Shown here: positions 1-12,315 of the stretch, piece by piece
How positions within the stretch are numbered: the first letter of the stretch is position 1
How the letters are laid out: each line of letters begins with the position of its first letter
Assembly: GCA_965235115.1 (NCBI GenBank)
Contig: OZ249447.1
Location: 7,440,001 to 7,504,000 of the forward strand
Length of the DNA stretch: 64,000 bases
DNA from: Laetmonice hystrix
Lineage: Eukaryota
Direction: 5' to 3'
Notes under the pieces: model-generated
Told to the model about the DNA's origin: nothing
What the model saw: only the letters and a program-made list of their open reading frames with translations
Databases searched by the model: none
Position numbers and translations under genes: made by a program

Positions 1-61
1 TTCCAGTGCAATGAAGAGAAACTGGGAGAAAGTGATGATATTCCCACTTGATGGGATATCC
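1..61 (-). CDS. SLC35B4: SLC35B4-like UDP-xylose/UDP-GlcNAc transporter, coding exon 2 (partial, runs off the window)
   Basis: Minus strand TTTTCCTTGTAG acceptor (AG at 63-62), then (K)DIPSSGNIITFSQFLFIALE, which resembles human KHPGCGNIVTFAQFLFIAVE. Phase 2 matches exon 1. Confidence 0.9.
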
Positions 62-189
62 CTACAAGGAAAAAAAACACACTGTCAGTCATAGAACCAG
101 TGAGGCAGTGACTGTCATGTTACAGGCCTGCTTGACATAATTCCAGAAAGTTAGAACATTGCTACCTCCTGTTAAGAGCATGCAAACAT

Positions 190-1650
190 ATTGAAATCAA
201 AGATCTACAAGAAGGGGTGGGCAGGGGCCGAACTTCGTTGGTCAAAGAGTTGTTGCAGTTGTTGCCATGGACAATCTTTATAAGGACACCAAGGCATTTC
301 CAGTGACTGTCCAATGGCACCAAGGCAAATCTATAAACTATGCCATAACCGTTACAATCTTGAGTCAATTTAAGGATGGGACCCGAGGTGTGCGGTTGGT
401 ATAAATTTCTCTTCTTTTAGGAACTAAATTTAACCATTTTCTCCGATGGTTTGAGAGTGACTGAAAGATGAGTAAGATGAAAAGGATGACAAATGACTGG
501 GCAAGAATTAGTCTAATGGCAGTGCTCTGCTGATGATCCATAAAGTAATTCACTGACGAGGGAGGGCACAAATGGCAAGAGGCCAAAAAGAGCACAGAAA
601 TGTACTGCCATGGTTAGAAACTTATGGGGATCACGGCAAAGGTGGGGGGCATCACGGCATTTGCCTGCCACGAATGCCGTGGTGAAATTCGACCCCTGGG
701 TGAGGAGAAAGACTGCGTGGCGATGCACTGGTGAGATTCATGGATGCACTGCTTCCCGACTACTATAACTCAAGGCCAAGTTCATGTCAACTTCAATATG
801 ATGTCTCAAAATGTAAAACTTCACTAAAAACTGTTTTGTTTGGAGAGACAACATGATAGGTGAATGTTACTCTAAAGTGTATCGAGTTTTACAACTGACA
901 GATCATGACACAAAGTTTAAGCATGTTATGCCGAATATGGTTGGTGACAATCGCAGACCTTGTAATTCTGCCAACATGATGGACACTCTGCTAGGTCTAT
1001 TGACACACTTGTTCAAACACAGCTGAACCTGACCCACATAACTCAGATTTGACCTAGATGGCACTCAGAACCTTATATTCAGGAGAGGATAGAAAGACTC
1101 TATCACCATGCGCTCTACACAGGCAGCATTTTTTGGACCATAACTTTCAGAATGTGTTGAAACAGCGTGTTAGTTTGAACAGCCACAGGGGCTAGGTTAG
1201 TCAGCCACAGTGGCTAGGAGTAGGACAATGCTAGAAAAATGTGGCCAGGACCCACATTTTTCCTACAGTGAAGTGTAATCCCTGAATTTCGTGGATTAGC
1301 AAACAAATGCTGTGGATACCTTGTTAACAACTGTTGGCTAATTTCACTGCACTCCATAATACTTCTATTTTTTGGCATATCCCCATTACCAAGTTATTTC
1401 AGTGGCAATCTACAGCAGAGCTTAAGCAAGCCTGGCAAAGCAAACAAGAACTCATCCTATGATTTTATCTGTCACAATTTGTCATGACAAATCTAGTGAT
1501 GCCAATGGCAGATTTCTTCGGACCTGACAAAATGTCAAGAGAACTGTGGCAGATTACGATTATGACCCCCTTACAACTATCACAACAGTTTTTAGCACAT
1601 ACCGGTACCCACAATTTGTGGTAAATCGTGATGTGTATTATGGGCTTTAA
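190..1650 (+). mobile_element. Decayed transposase-like coding remnant in SLC35B4 intron 1 (possibly DUF6589-like)
   Basis: Broken frames give MDNLYKDTKA..HQGKSINY (267-341), TVLFG-[frameshift]-DNMIGE (830-865) and SKPGKANKNSSYDFICHN (1425-1478), in the order I recall for DUF6589-like proteins. Many stops and frameshifts. Confidence 0.35.
600..698 (-). mobile_element. Terminal fragment of a non-autonomous DNA transposon with a CAGGG-type end
   Basis: Minus strand begins CAGGGGTCGAATTTCACCACGGCA with repeated CACGGCA motifs. A similar end (CAGGGTTAGAAATTATGGCGG) lies at ~2140-2180. Confidence 0.3.
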
Positions 1651-2567
1651 ATCCCCGGGATCTGCCACTAGTCCTAGTCACTGCCCATGGCAGCCAGCTT
1701 ATATAGAGTCCTAATTAAGGAGGCGGGTTATTCGTGGTAAAAAATGAAACATATGAATTATTAAAGAGGCATGTTATAATCTACCAAATTGCGGAATTCA
1801 GACATATATTTACCTTGCATGTTTCCAAGGGTGGTCAACAAGTACTTCCATGCACAAATTTGTGACATCCGACTAAAATCCAATTCACGTGCAGTGATTC
1901 TAAATCTACACCTCTGAGAGGCATACCTAAGTAGGCTCACTCACATTTCCTTTAAGTGACAGCATCTGGCACCGCCCTGTATACAAGTACATTGAGTCCA
2001 CATTAAGTGGCAAATGGACCCAACTGAAACAAATAGGCCTAACCCCCCTATCTGAGCAAGCTAAGGTAAACAGGCCGGTCAACATGACCCTGTCCCTTCG
2101 CCTGCTCACTACACTAGTCTCAAGCCGGGGGAAACAATGGGTTACGGTGGCTGCCATAACCGCCATAATTTCTAACCCTGCTTTCTTTTTGAGATGTTTA
2201 CTAAATGAGTATGACTGAGTTTCTAAAGTAGCCTATACATACACCAATCCTTGTTTTATAGGCCCATAGACTAGTCTAGAATTGTATGTAGTTCTAGGAT
2301 AACTGCCATACTATCCCTACTCCAACAAGTCAGAGTCCTAGTCCTTACGTCCATACGGACTCTGATCGTCGAGTACAAATACACCAGCGACTGCTATGCT
2401 GCCGGGGTTCTATCTCGGTCCTATCGCGCCTCATTGCCTTAAAGTCATGTTTCAGATCACTTTTGGTACTGAAACTTGCTGAGAGTACACAAAAGAGGTT
2501 ACTTCGACAGATACGTAAATGTATTTTGTTGGATGTTATCTTAGTAGGTTAAATTCTAAGTTTGTTT

Positions 2568-2852
2568 GGTCAAATACAGCGCAGCGCAGGCGACGAGCGG
2601 TGACCCAGTTTTTGGATTGCGTATTTCTGACCTCTATAGTGGATCCGGAACAGACCGCATAAGTAGGTCGCGCTACGTGTTCAAACAGACGCTGACGGCA
2701 AAGAATGAAGCAACCCATTTCGGGTACCAGTCCTGAGCGATCTAACTTTTATTGATCAGTTTCCGGTCACTCGCTGCACCGCAGATGGCTGACGGAGCTA
2801 CGGACCTGACTTGCTCGTAATCAACCGGACCGTGTGGACGTTATATTTGTCC
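2568..2852. mobile_element. Possible old MITE with imperfect terminal inverted repeats
   Basis: GGTCAAATACAGCG versus the reverse complement of the right end GGACAAATATAACG (11/14), plus an inner inverted pair GCGGTGACC / GGTCACTCGC. Confidence 0.25.
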
Positions 2853-3328
2853 AATAATTATCATTCTATCACCTCTGCTCTCTGAAAATATCGATTTTAC
2901 GCTCCGTGGATGAAATTTAGTACCAAAACGAAGGCCGCAAAGTTGCGATAACGGACCTCTTCGCAAGAATCGCTGGGCAAACGTCACTCAACAACTAAAC
3001 AGTGTTCTGGAAGACACTGAACTATAGAAACTGAACTATACTATCCCCATATAATCACAACTTGTTACAACAACCATTTCCCCTCTAGCTCTACTGTCAC
3101 TCAGACTCTAGAAGAAATATCCATTCGAATGTAGGGGGCCTAGTGCCGGGCTACAGTCGGCCCCCTACTGCACCCTGCACAGGCTCGCTCGGGGTAGTGC
3201 CCGCCCGAGGTGCCGCCGCTCGAAACGTCCAGACACCAGTCAGACACATCCACACTCACCATGCTCACCCCCACAGACACTCAGTCAGTGAGACAGAGAA
3301 CGAGGTCGAGAGAGTCAGTTCTACTTAC

Positions 3329-3405
3329 TTGATGATATACTCCAAAAAGACGACATTGCTGCAACAACCAGCAAACACCAGGCTAATCGGTATGATTGGA
3401 TGCAT
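3329..3405 (-). CDS. SLC35B4: SLC35B4-like transporter, first coding exon (77 nt)
   Basis: ATG at 3405 gives MHPIIPISLVFAGCCSNVVFLEYII(K), followed by a GTAAGT donor at 3328. It resembles the SLC35B4 N-terminus MRPALAVGLVFAGCCSNVIFLELLAR. Confidence 0.92.
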
Positions 3406-4330
3406 CTTGAGACTTTTCAATATTCCTTTTGACTAGTAACACACATACAAGGACCCTAGACTTCCAGATTCGATGCTAGACTCTACACTCCACGTCTACT
3501 ATCTCGTCAGTCCCCATCCTTCTGTGTCACCGGAAAGTTCACCCCGGAAAAATAGGTCAGGAGTGTGAGGCCACCTACAACAACAACAAAGGCACGTTAC
3601 CATTAACACTATGATCAGTTTAGTTAACATGTTATTATTGTTGAGGAATATCGGTAAAAGATAGCGTTGAGAATTAATAGATGTTCATGAGTCTTGTCTG
3701 TCTTCGGGTTGCTTGGTCAGTGAACGTATTAGTCGCTTACAACAACAACAAGCAGCAGACAAACCCCCTCGGAAAGGAAAAATGGAGGAAGGGTTTTGAA
3801 AGGTATGCTTTTATTATCATTTCCAAGATGTTACTTTTGTCATCTCGCTGCTCGTATTTTCAGTTTGGGCAATTGAATGCATAACATATGATTTACATGA
3901 GTGAAGATCCTATAATATTTAGAAACTCACAGGTTGCTTGTTTACTGCCTACACTAGTCACACTGACACTGGCTAGATCTAGATCTACACTACAGCCACC
4001 TACCCAGCCAGGGACTCACCGAGCCTGGGACAGGGAGCGGGGGAGGTGAGTTCAGTAGCCGTTCATGATGCGGGGATCCCCAAACCTCAGCTTGCCAGTG
4101 TTTATCTACCGACAATGAATATGGGGGCTGTGCGATGTTGTTGTTATAAATAGGCTACAACTGATATAGATATTATTAGATGGGTCACGCCTGTCGAACC
4201 CAAACACCCATTAACCAGGTGATAAAGCCAGCCCTACCTTAGACTTAGTACCTACACTACAGTCTGGTACGGTAACCTACCGCCGCGCCTACACACACTC
4301 GCTCAACAAACATCACACGTCCGACTCCGA
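3406..4330. promoter_or_regulatory. Probable shared (bidirectional) promoter region of SLC35B4 and the PCTAIRE kinase
   Basis: Lies between the minus-strand ATG (3405) and plus-strand kinase exons. CpG-richer patches, CCGGAA ETS-like motifs at ~3530 and ~3544, TATAAATA at 4145-4152. Confidence 0.45.
3681..3802 (+). other. Candidate 5' UTR exon of the PCTAIRE kinase
   Basis: TAATAG acceptor at 3680 and AAG|GTATGC donor at 3803. It contains upstream ATGs that would stop early after splicing to 8900. Confidence 0.35.
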
Positions 4331-4972
4331 GATAACTAATACCTTCTTCATCTCAGCGTTGTTCACATAGCAGTGTTGACAGATTTGTGCATGTTGATTT
4401 ATTATTGACACATGTCATCTGTGATGATGGTAAAATTTTGTGGCCACAGGAAGGTGCAGATCTCTGCAGGAATATTTCTGTAAATATGTGAAATGAAATA
4501 ATACTGCATAATTATGTGGAATTCGTTTGCTGCCGAAGGATAGATAAATCAATCTCAGTACAAGCCTGTTCACACAAGCAGGTTTTGTCAAAGATACGAC
4601 ACACACCCCTTTTTGCTGGCAAATATATTTTGAGCAGGGCATGGAAGAAAATATAACTTTTTACAAGAAACGGAAAAAGTCTGTTTTCATAATTATGGAA
4701 GAGTACATATTATTAGTATTCATTCAAATTTGGTGGGTCTGGAAAATAAGATCATCCTGGACAAGCAAACATTATGGACCCGTGATGACAACTACAAGAT
4801 CCCATTTCCCCCTATGGGGGGTGGGGGGGTGGTTGGGCGCGGGGGGGGGGGGAGTAATGAGATAATGATTTGAGCTTGGGTCATATATGTAGACAAACTA
4901 CTGATATGGATAGCTATAAAACTTGTAATGCAGTGTTCACTGTTTAATATCAATGTTCCATACTGTGGTTTT

Positions 4973-5156
4973 TCCCCCATGGTAACTTCCAGACAAAATT
5001 TTGGGTAGGGGTTCAGGTTAAGGTCAGGGATAGGGATAGGATAGCCCGGATATGTTTTTGGGAGATGTAGGGACTGGGGTTAGGGATAAGGTCAGGGCTA
5101 TGGACCTTTAGTTTCAACCAAATTTCATGGGTTTTAAGTTACGGTACCATGGGGGA
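4973..5156. mobile_element. MITE with TCCCCCATGGTA inverted termini and a degenerate (GGGTTA)-like interior
   Basis: 12/12 inverted repeat at 4973-4984 and 5145-5156; interior contains GGGTAGGGGTTCAGG and GGGGTTAGGG patches. Confidence 0.5.
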
Positions 5157-6999
5157 TGTACCCATACTTTAATATTTATGAGGAGGATTTAACCATTTCA
5201 AAGAACCAGCATGTAACATTTAACATGTACCTATGGACTTATTGGCTAGTTTCTTTTCATGTTATACATGTACCTCATTAGAATCCATCTGAGTACCTGA
5301 TAATTTCTTTACCTCTATTGGCTCTAATCAATACCGGATACTTTTGTTAAGAGCACTCGCCACGTGATAACAGTGATTTCCAACAGAGAAGGGCTGTAAG
5401 TTGGTGATAACATGGCCTCTTCATGGTAGGCCTACTTGAGAGTTGATAGGGATTGCTACAAGGTCATAAGGTGGTCTGTAATGTTGATTACATATAGGGG
5501 TACCGGTATATAGCTTTAACTGATTGAGAATTTGTGTAAACTGCAGTCTCTGACTGGTGACACATCACCTTCCCCTCTCATGTCCCAGCACAATTGCTTT
5601 TCATTAAAAATACAATTCTCTTCTGGTCTCTTCCAGTTCCAGGTATATTACGTTTCCATGTATAGCCAGGTATAAGATGCAGGGTAAAAGTCATAAAAGT
5701 TGTTTCTGATGACAACTGCAACCTTCCACACCTTGAAACATGCTGAAACAAGTTTTCAGTTTAGTGCTAGCCTGGGCAAAGTGTAAAAAGTTGCCACAGG
5801 TCCCTACTATTCTAAACTTCAGGGACATGTGGCCAGGCTAGAGTGTTTATCACTTGTTTAGGTTAAATAAATTGTACATGGCAATATATCGCAATATAGA
5901 CCTACCGGTACTCTTCTTGGTGGTTGTAATAAAAAAAGGTTCAGAGGATTTTATGAGTGAGGGTAAGAGTGCAGGACGGGAAAGGAAGGCAGGAATGATT
6001 TAAAAGCTGTAAGTAAATTGTTAAGGGAAGAGGAAGTGTAAAAGGGGCAATGTAAGGTGGAAAATAAAAGAAATCATTGCCCTTAAAGGTGGCCCCATGA
6101 TCCCCTAGGATCTGATTGGTATCTGGATGCATATTGTTAAAAATACGAAAATAATATGGGTGTACAGATCAGTTACTCTGATAACATAGAATTGGGCGGT
6201 GTGATTCTGATGTAAAACATAGAATGTGCCCTTCTGCATTATTTTTTAAGATCCAGCAACCGTGAAGTGATTTGTTGAAGGCTAGGCCAGGTCATACATG
6301 GTTACATAAAGCAGAGAACTAGACCAGTAAAATAGGGCAGCTGACAGGGTGGAGATGTGGGTGTCCAAGAGAAGTGGCTGCTGCGTGGGCGGTGGTAGCC
6401 GCCATTGAGGAAATGGGGCAATCCAAACCCCTCAGGGAAGTCGTGCAAAGTTCTCCTGAAGATCGTTCACTGTTTATGATGGCTGTTAGTGTATGCCACT
6501 GAGTGTTATTGTAACAGTAGATGATGTAAGGGGGTATGGATGTTACCTGGATGGCAGGGAGTACATGAGGCTGCCCCCAGCAGCTCCCATACTCGTATCT
6601 TGGTAACCAGCTGAGGTCAAGAGCTGGACAAGTGGTTTCATTTTCTTAACTTTTCATTTTCATGATCGGATTGATCCCGTCGAAACTGTAGGACAAAGGT
6701 TCAGGAACAAAAACAAGGTTCAGGAACTGCTGGTAATATAAGCATAAGAAAATTAACCAAACTAGCTTTATAAAGCCTAGATTTCAAGCATAAAATAAAA
6801 TGTACAATTTTTAATGTATAATAAGTAATGGCGAATATATCCCCGTAGCGTAAAGGTAAACCTGAAAGGCTGGATAACAAAGGCCATACATACAAAAAGC
6901 ACTCTGGGCTTGGTCCCACGGTGAAGCCTGACTGGCCAACATGAAGTGGCAGTAAATGCTGTCGTATTGGGTCTGGAGTCTGGACAAGGGGCTGGGTTA

Positions 7000-7484
7000 T
7001 TCCCCCATGTCAATTCTGGGGTCGGAGTTAGGGGCAGGGGCAAGGCTAGGGATGAGGATAGCTTTTTCTCAGGTCTGAGGGCTGAGGGTAGGGTTAGGTT
7101 TGGGGCCAGTGATACATTTTTAGGTTTGGGGCCAGTGATACATTTTTAGGTTTGGGGCCAGTGATACATTTTTAGGTTTGGGGGGCCAGTGATTCATTTT
7201 TAGGTTTGGGACCAGTGATACATTTTTAGGTTTGGGGCCAGTGATACATCTTTAGATTTGGGGCCAGTGATACATTTTTAGGTTTGGGGCCAGTGATACA
7301 TTTTTAGGTTTGGGGCCAGTGATACATTTTTAGGTTTGGGGCCAGTGATACATTTTTAGGTTTGGGGCCAGTGATACATTTTTAGGTTTGGGGCCAGTGA
7401 TACATTTTTAGGTTTGGGGCTAGGAACAGTGATACATTTTCAGTTCTTACCACAATAGTTTGTGGAGATGTTACCATAGGGGAA
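7000..7484. mobile_element. Second copy of the same MITE family, with an internally amplified minisatellite
   Basis: Left TTCCCCCATGTCAA, right GTTACCATAGGGGAA (about 10/14 inverted match), and a similar G-rich interior. Confidence 0.4.
7096..7441. repeat. 26-bp minisatellite, ~13 copies
   Basis: Unit AGGTTTGGGGCCAGTGATACATTTTT, period 26. Confidence 0.95.
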
Positions 7485-7936
7485 CCACCACCACCACCGC
7501 ACCACCAACCACCACACCACCACCACCGCACCACCACCACCGCACCACCTGCGGTTAGGGGCGGTGAGTACAGGACCCCCCCCCCCTCATGCACTTGAAA
7601 GAGTAGTGCTGTGCATGTTCTTCACTTCGATCCTCCGACTTTCAAGTTTTCAACCCAAGGGATACCTGTTTTAATGTAAGCCAGACCAAGACCTACAATG
7701 TACCCCCACCCCCCTCCTCTAGGGATAATTCTGAGATAGTTTCATGAGTCCACATAAAGTGGGATGCGTTTCCCGGGAGAGCCCTGAATAGAACAAGAAG
7801 ACAGATAAGAGCAACCTTGGCTTGCTGTTACTGCAGCCGGGAAACCTATGGACTGGTGCAGCGAGTTATTTATGGTAGTTAGTAGGTCCAGGCCGGATCA
7901 CAGTCTCTTAGAGCCAGTGGCAACGGTTCCTCCATG

Positions 7937-7959
7937 GCTGCTGCTACTGCTAAGTGCTA

Positions 7960-7990
<31 letters not shown>

Positions 7991-8003
7991 TGCAACTGCT
8001 GAT
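7937..8003. repeat. Imperfect (CTG)n/(CAG)n trinucleotide tract
   Basis: GCTGCTGCTACTGCT...TGCTGCTGCTGCTTCTGCTGCTGCTGCTGCAACTGCTG read directly. Confidence 0.9.
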
Positions 8004-8997
8004 GAGCGGCTATGATGCTGACAACTGAGACACACGAACATGTGGCCAACCCTGGTCTCTCTCAAGGCGGACTGTTAGAGCGCGCTCGAACAGTCAGGTA
8101 ACTCGGATCCTACATGTTACAACCTGTAGCAGCTCCGTCTCATCTGGACCCAGACCAACCTGTACCTGGACAGGAAAACCTGTAACTAGGGGAGGAGTTC
8201 CCAAACCCAGTGCTCACTCATGTCCGTAAGGACACCTTATCAGACGCCATGATCCCGGATGGAGGGAATTAGAGGCTCAGCATCCTCAGGCCTAGGTCCA
8301 GCACCTGAGATGGCCACATGTGCGATGTGTCAAGGGCTGAGGAGGTTGAGGAGTTACTGTGCTGATGCTGTATCAGTAGTGTAACTGTAAGTAGACATTT
8401 CTAGCTGTTTAGGCTGGCTGGAGGAGATCTCAAACTGGGCAGGGTGAGAGAGAACAGGAAGCCATGTTCAAGCAGTAAGTCGGTAGGCTGCTGACACGTT
8501 GGTAGTTTACTGGTTTAGGGTCAGATTGACAAAAGTTCTCAGCTTTGGTCAATGAAGTGCCCTGTTCTTAAGTCAAACTTGAATGATGCTTGCTGACTCA
8601 CTCAAACCAAGAGAGTTTGGTGGTAACCCATGTTTTCTCTTTACGAGGAAATTTGGGGGGGGGGGGGAGAGCATGTGTCTTAGAGTATTAAAATTGATGT
8701 ACTATGAGTGGACCGGAACCTTTGGAATGAAATATTCTGCCCTGTGGATGAAAGTCTTATTTCACTTTTGCTCATGCATATTATGATGTCATGGTTTCAG
8801 TGTATAGCGTCTCTCAGGCATGGCATCGTAATCTGTGTTGTGATGTTAATTTGTTTATTCGATCCCCCTTTCAACGATATACAATCTTTGTATTTTCAGG
8901 TTAGTGGTGTAAAGCACTTAACGTGCCCAATCTCATCTGGAGTACCGTAATAAGGACCCATTGTCTCCCCATCAGTGACATTACTGACATCCTCAGG

Positions 8998-9124
8998 ATG
9001 TCACTCAAACGCCTAAAACGGCGACTCTCACTGACATTGCGTGGCGGCCGTGGTGTAGACGAAAGCCTTTCGGAATTAGCAGAACACCTGACCATAGAAG
9101 AAAATGGAGGCATTAAAGAAAACG
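8998..9124 (+). CDS. CDK17: PCTAIRE-family cyclin-dependent kinase (CDK16/17/18; CDK17-like), N-terminal coding exon (exon spans 8900-9124)
   Basis: MSLKRLKRRLSLTLRGGRGVDESLSELAEHLTIEENGGIKEN resembles human CDK17 MKKFKRRLSLTLRGSQTIDESLSELAEQMTIEEN. TTTTCAG acceptor at 8899, in-frame TAG upstream at 8902, phase-1 GTAAGT donor at 9125. The vertebrate paralogue name is approximate. Confidence 0.9.
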
Positions 9125-9573
9125 GTAAGTGTAGTTTTGTACTCGTTAAACGTGTCAAGTATGAAATGACATGACATTGTTTGCTGTACTTGGGATGGAA
9201 TAGTTGGCGATTGTGGTCGGAGAGGTAACAACATGTACACAAAAACTCTGCAAGTGTCTGAAAATAGGAGAACATTCCATGTCACTATTCACTCTATTTG
9301 TAGCTACAGTACTGCTTTACTGTTGGCTGAAGCTTTGCACACGACACACCAATTTAAGAGGGTAATACACAAGTACTGTTCTCAGAGTAAGTTCATAGAA
9401 TTCTGTGAGATTTAAAATCTGAGCTATCATAAGCCGTGGTGAACTTGGTAAACTTTAGCAAAGAAAATTTGCCATGATCCCAGGATCAAATCAAGCCAAG
9501 TAGTAACAAAGGATTATCTGATCGACTTCAGACTGAGGATGGCAGTTATCATTCCAGAAGGATTAGGTGGTGT

Positions 9574-10012
9574 ACACCAACACACAGCCTCATATTTCTA
9601 CATGTAATGATACTAAACCAAAGACAGACACCAACACACAGTCTCATATTTCTACATGTAATGATACTAAACCAAAGACAGACACCAACACACAGTCTCA
9701 TATTTCTACATGTAATGATACTAAACCAACTTTAGACAGACACCAACACGCAGTCTCATATTTCTACATGTAATGATACTAAACCAAAGACAGACACCAA
9801 CACACAGTCTCCTATTTCTACATGTAATGATACTAAACCAAAGACAGACACCAACACGCAGTCTCATATTTCTACATGTAATGATACTAAACCAAAGACA
9901 GACACCAACACGCAGTCTCATATTTCTACATGTAATGATACTAAACCAAAGACAGACACCAACACGCAGTCTCATATTTCTACATGTAATGATACTAAAC
10001 CAAAGACAGACA
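9574..10012. repeat. 54-bp minisatellite, ~8 copies
   Basis: Unit TCTACATGTAATGATACTAAACCAAAGACAGACACCAACACACAGTCTCATATT. Confidence 0.95.
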
Positions 10013-11004
10013 GGCTGACGTAGGGAATGCAGGAAACTAATATGGTAGCAGAAATATATTCTCATTTAGTCTATTTAGATGATCATCGTCACAGCTTGAC
10101 TGGTATATCTTCGTTTTGACTCATTAGATCCTTCATGAACGGTTCAGACATTAAGCTTCTGAATTTTCTTGTTATATCAGATCTACATTACATGTATCTT
10201 AAAATGTTCGCAGTTGCCTGGCTTCATTTCCCGCTATTTGTGCAGAGAAATGTGCACAGTCAGCAGATATCCATTTAATGACAGGAGTTGGTATAAGACA
10301 AAATGTCTGAATATATCGGACATTGAGCCCGACAACAGTGTAAGACAGGCACGGATGTTGACCAGAGATATTCATGTTGAGGGACTGGAAGACAAAAGAC
10401 ATAGTTGTGAACATTAATCTTCTTCTTCATGTGTCAGGAGCTTTAGTTCAGACACCCCACAACTTATCTTGTCCAGTATATTCAGGCATATCAATATCTC
10501 GACAGGCAGTAGCGTCTAATTGAGGTTTTAGGGAGCTAGTCTATATAACCGGCACTCTATGTGGTGTGTAACATTTGGGACAACCGACAGCTGATGCTTT
10601 TTATCTTTCACACAAGAGAATCGTGCCATTTGCGTAAAGACCAAAAAGATAGTAGGCGGTGGAGAAATATGGGAATAATTAATTGATTGCAATTAATATA
10701 TGCTGTCTGACTAGCAAGTGGGTTGACAAGGAGCTGTGTCACTTATATATTTAGTAGTTTGACTGCATGGAGAGCTAATTATAAGCAAAAAGGTAGTATG
10801 GCGAGGAATGCTTATTTGAGAAGTTTGACTATATCGTTCTACAATACGCTCAACACTCGACAGACTGGTTGAAAGCCGTTATTCACCGTCTCTTCAGTGC
10901 TGTTGACTGAAAACATGAATCAGGCGTTTTAAAAGCCGCCTGTAGACCTCATTCATGTAATAATAAATATTGAGCAAATCCTTGGCTGAGAAGGAGATTG
11001 ACAA

Positions 11005-11176
11005 CAGTGACGTAGCCAGGAATTAGTGAAAGGGGGGGGGGCGTACATTTTTTTAAGGAAAATTCTGACAAGCAAAAAAAAAAAGGTCTTTAACAATGCA
11101 AAAAAAAGAGAAGAGAAGTCAAACGGGGGGGGGGGGGGGGGTACGCCGGGTACGCCCTATGGAGGCTACGTCACTG
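11005..11176. mobile_element. MITE with 13-bp perfect terminal inverted repeats
   Basis: CAGTGACGTAGCC ... GGCTACGTCACTG; GACAA is repeated directly on both flanks; poly-G and poly-A interior. Confidence 0.7.
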
Positions 11177-12315
11177 GACAAGATAGAGCCTAAATCTCCT
11201 CTATCTCTAAGACTATTTAAGCTGGCTAGCTAGTTAACGCACAGCCTATGAACCCCGTTAGTCGGCTCAAGTTAGTTGATCATTGCCCGAGACCCGTTAA
11301 TGAAGGTGAAGAGATTTATATTTTCCACTGATGTACGGCCAGGTATCAGTAACAGAGAAAACTAAAATCCCGCTATAAACAGTATATATAGTGCCAGGTT
11401 TATAATTATAACATTCTTTGCCCTAATACACCAAATATTTTGCAATTACACACGGTACTTAGAACTTAGACATGTAGCAGATAAAGGTTATTTTATCGAG
11501 GACCATACATCTCTCAGGTCTTACTGAAGTAAGGATGGCACTTACTTGATCTCTTTAACCTCTCAGAAAGCCTGGAAGAAACTGGATGGTTGGTAGATGT
11601 ACAGAGAATAGTGGCTCTGGTCAAATTTATCCTCACACAGGATTAGATATTCCTAGTTAGCTGGAACTGATGGAGGCTGATGAAGCGCTTCTCCCCATGT
11701 AGTTCTATACAATGTCAGAGAAAAGGGGGAAATAAAAGTAATAAGAGTAATTTTAAAAAAAGGCCTTCAAAAGAACAAATCAAGAAAAATTAAGGAGGAA
11801 GAAAAAGAAGGAAAAAAGATTCCATCTTATTGGGACGCTATTCTTTCAAGTATCTTTGTGTTTGAGCCCTTGTAATCAATTTGGAAACGGGTAATCATTC
11901 TTATCGTTTTGTGGTGACAGTCGATATTATTTTGAAGTAGTTGAAAACGAAGACCCAGCTAAGAACTTGGGTTACCGTATGAGGCAATGACATTCAAACT
12001 TCTAGTCTTGTAAACAGACTCGAGTCTAAACTGTCACCTGGCAAATGTCAGAATGTTTTATGGTGAAAGCATTGGCTATTAATAATAGCAAGAGTCCATA
12101 GAAAAATCTCGATTAGACCTGGCACGATAGTTTTATGTAAAGTCGGCAACGCTAGCGTGAAAACACATACACCGTTACACAAACGAAAGCCAGACTAAAA
12201 CACGAGAGCCCTGGTGATATCATGAACTTGTTATTTGTGGATAATATTAAATTCTAGATAGAGAACGCCGTACAACATTGTATTTTAGCGTGTTGCACAT
12301 TCTAGTAGCAGGTCT

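Noticed and set aside
7770-8470. Stop codons as proof of C-to-T pseudogene decay
   Set aside because: Every stop codon starts with T, and the observed count is close to random expectation.
8901-9275. 124-aa minus-strand ORF
   Set aside because: Antisense shadow of the real kinase exon.
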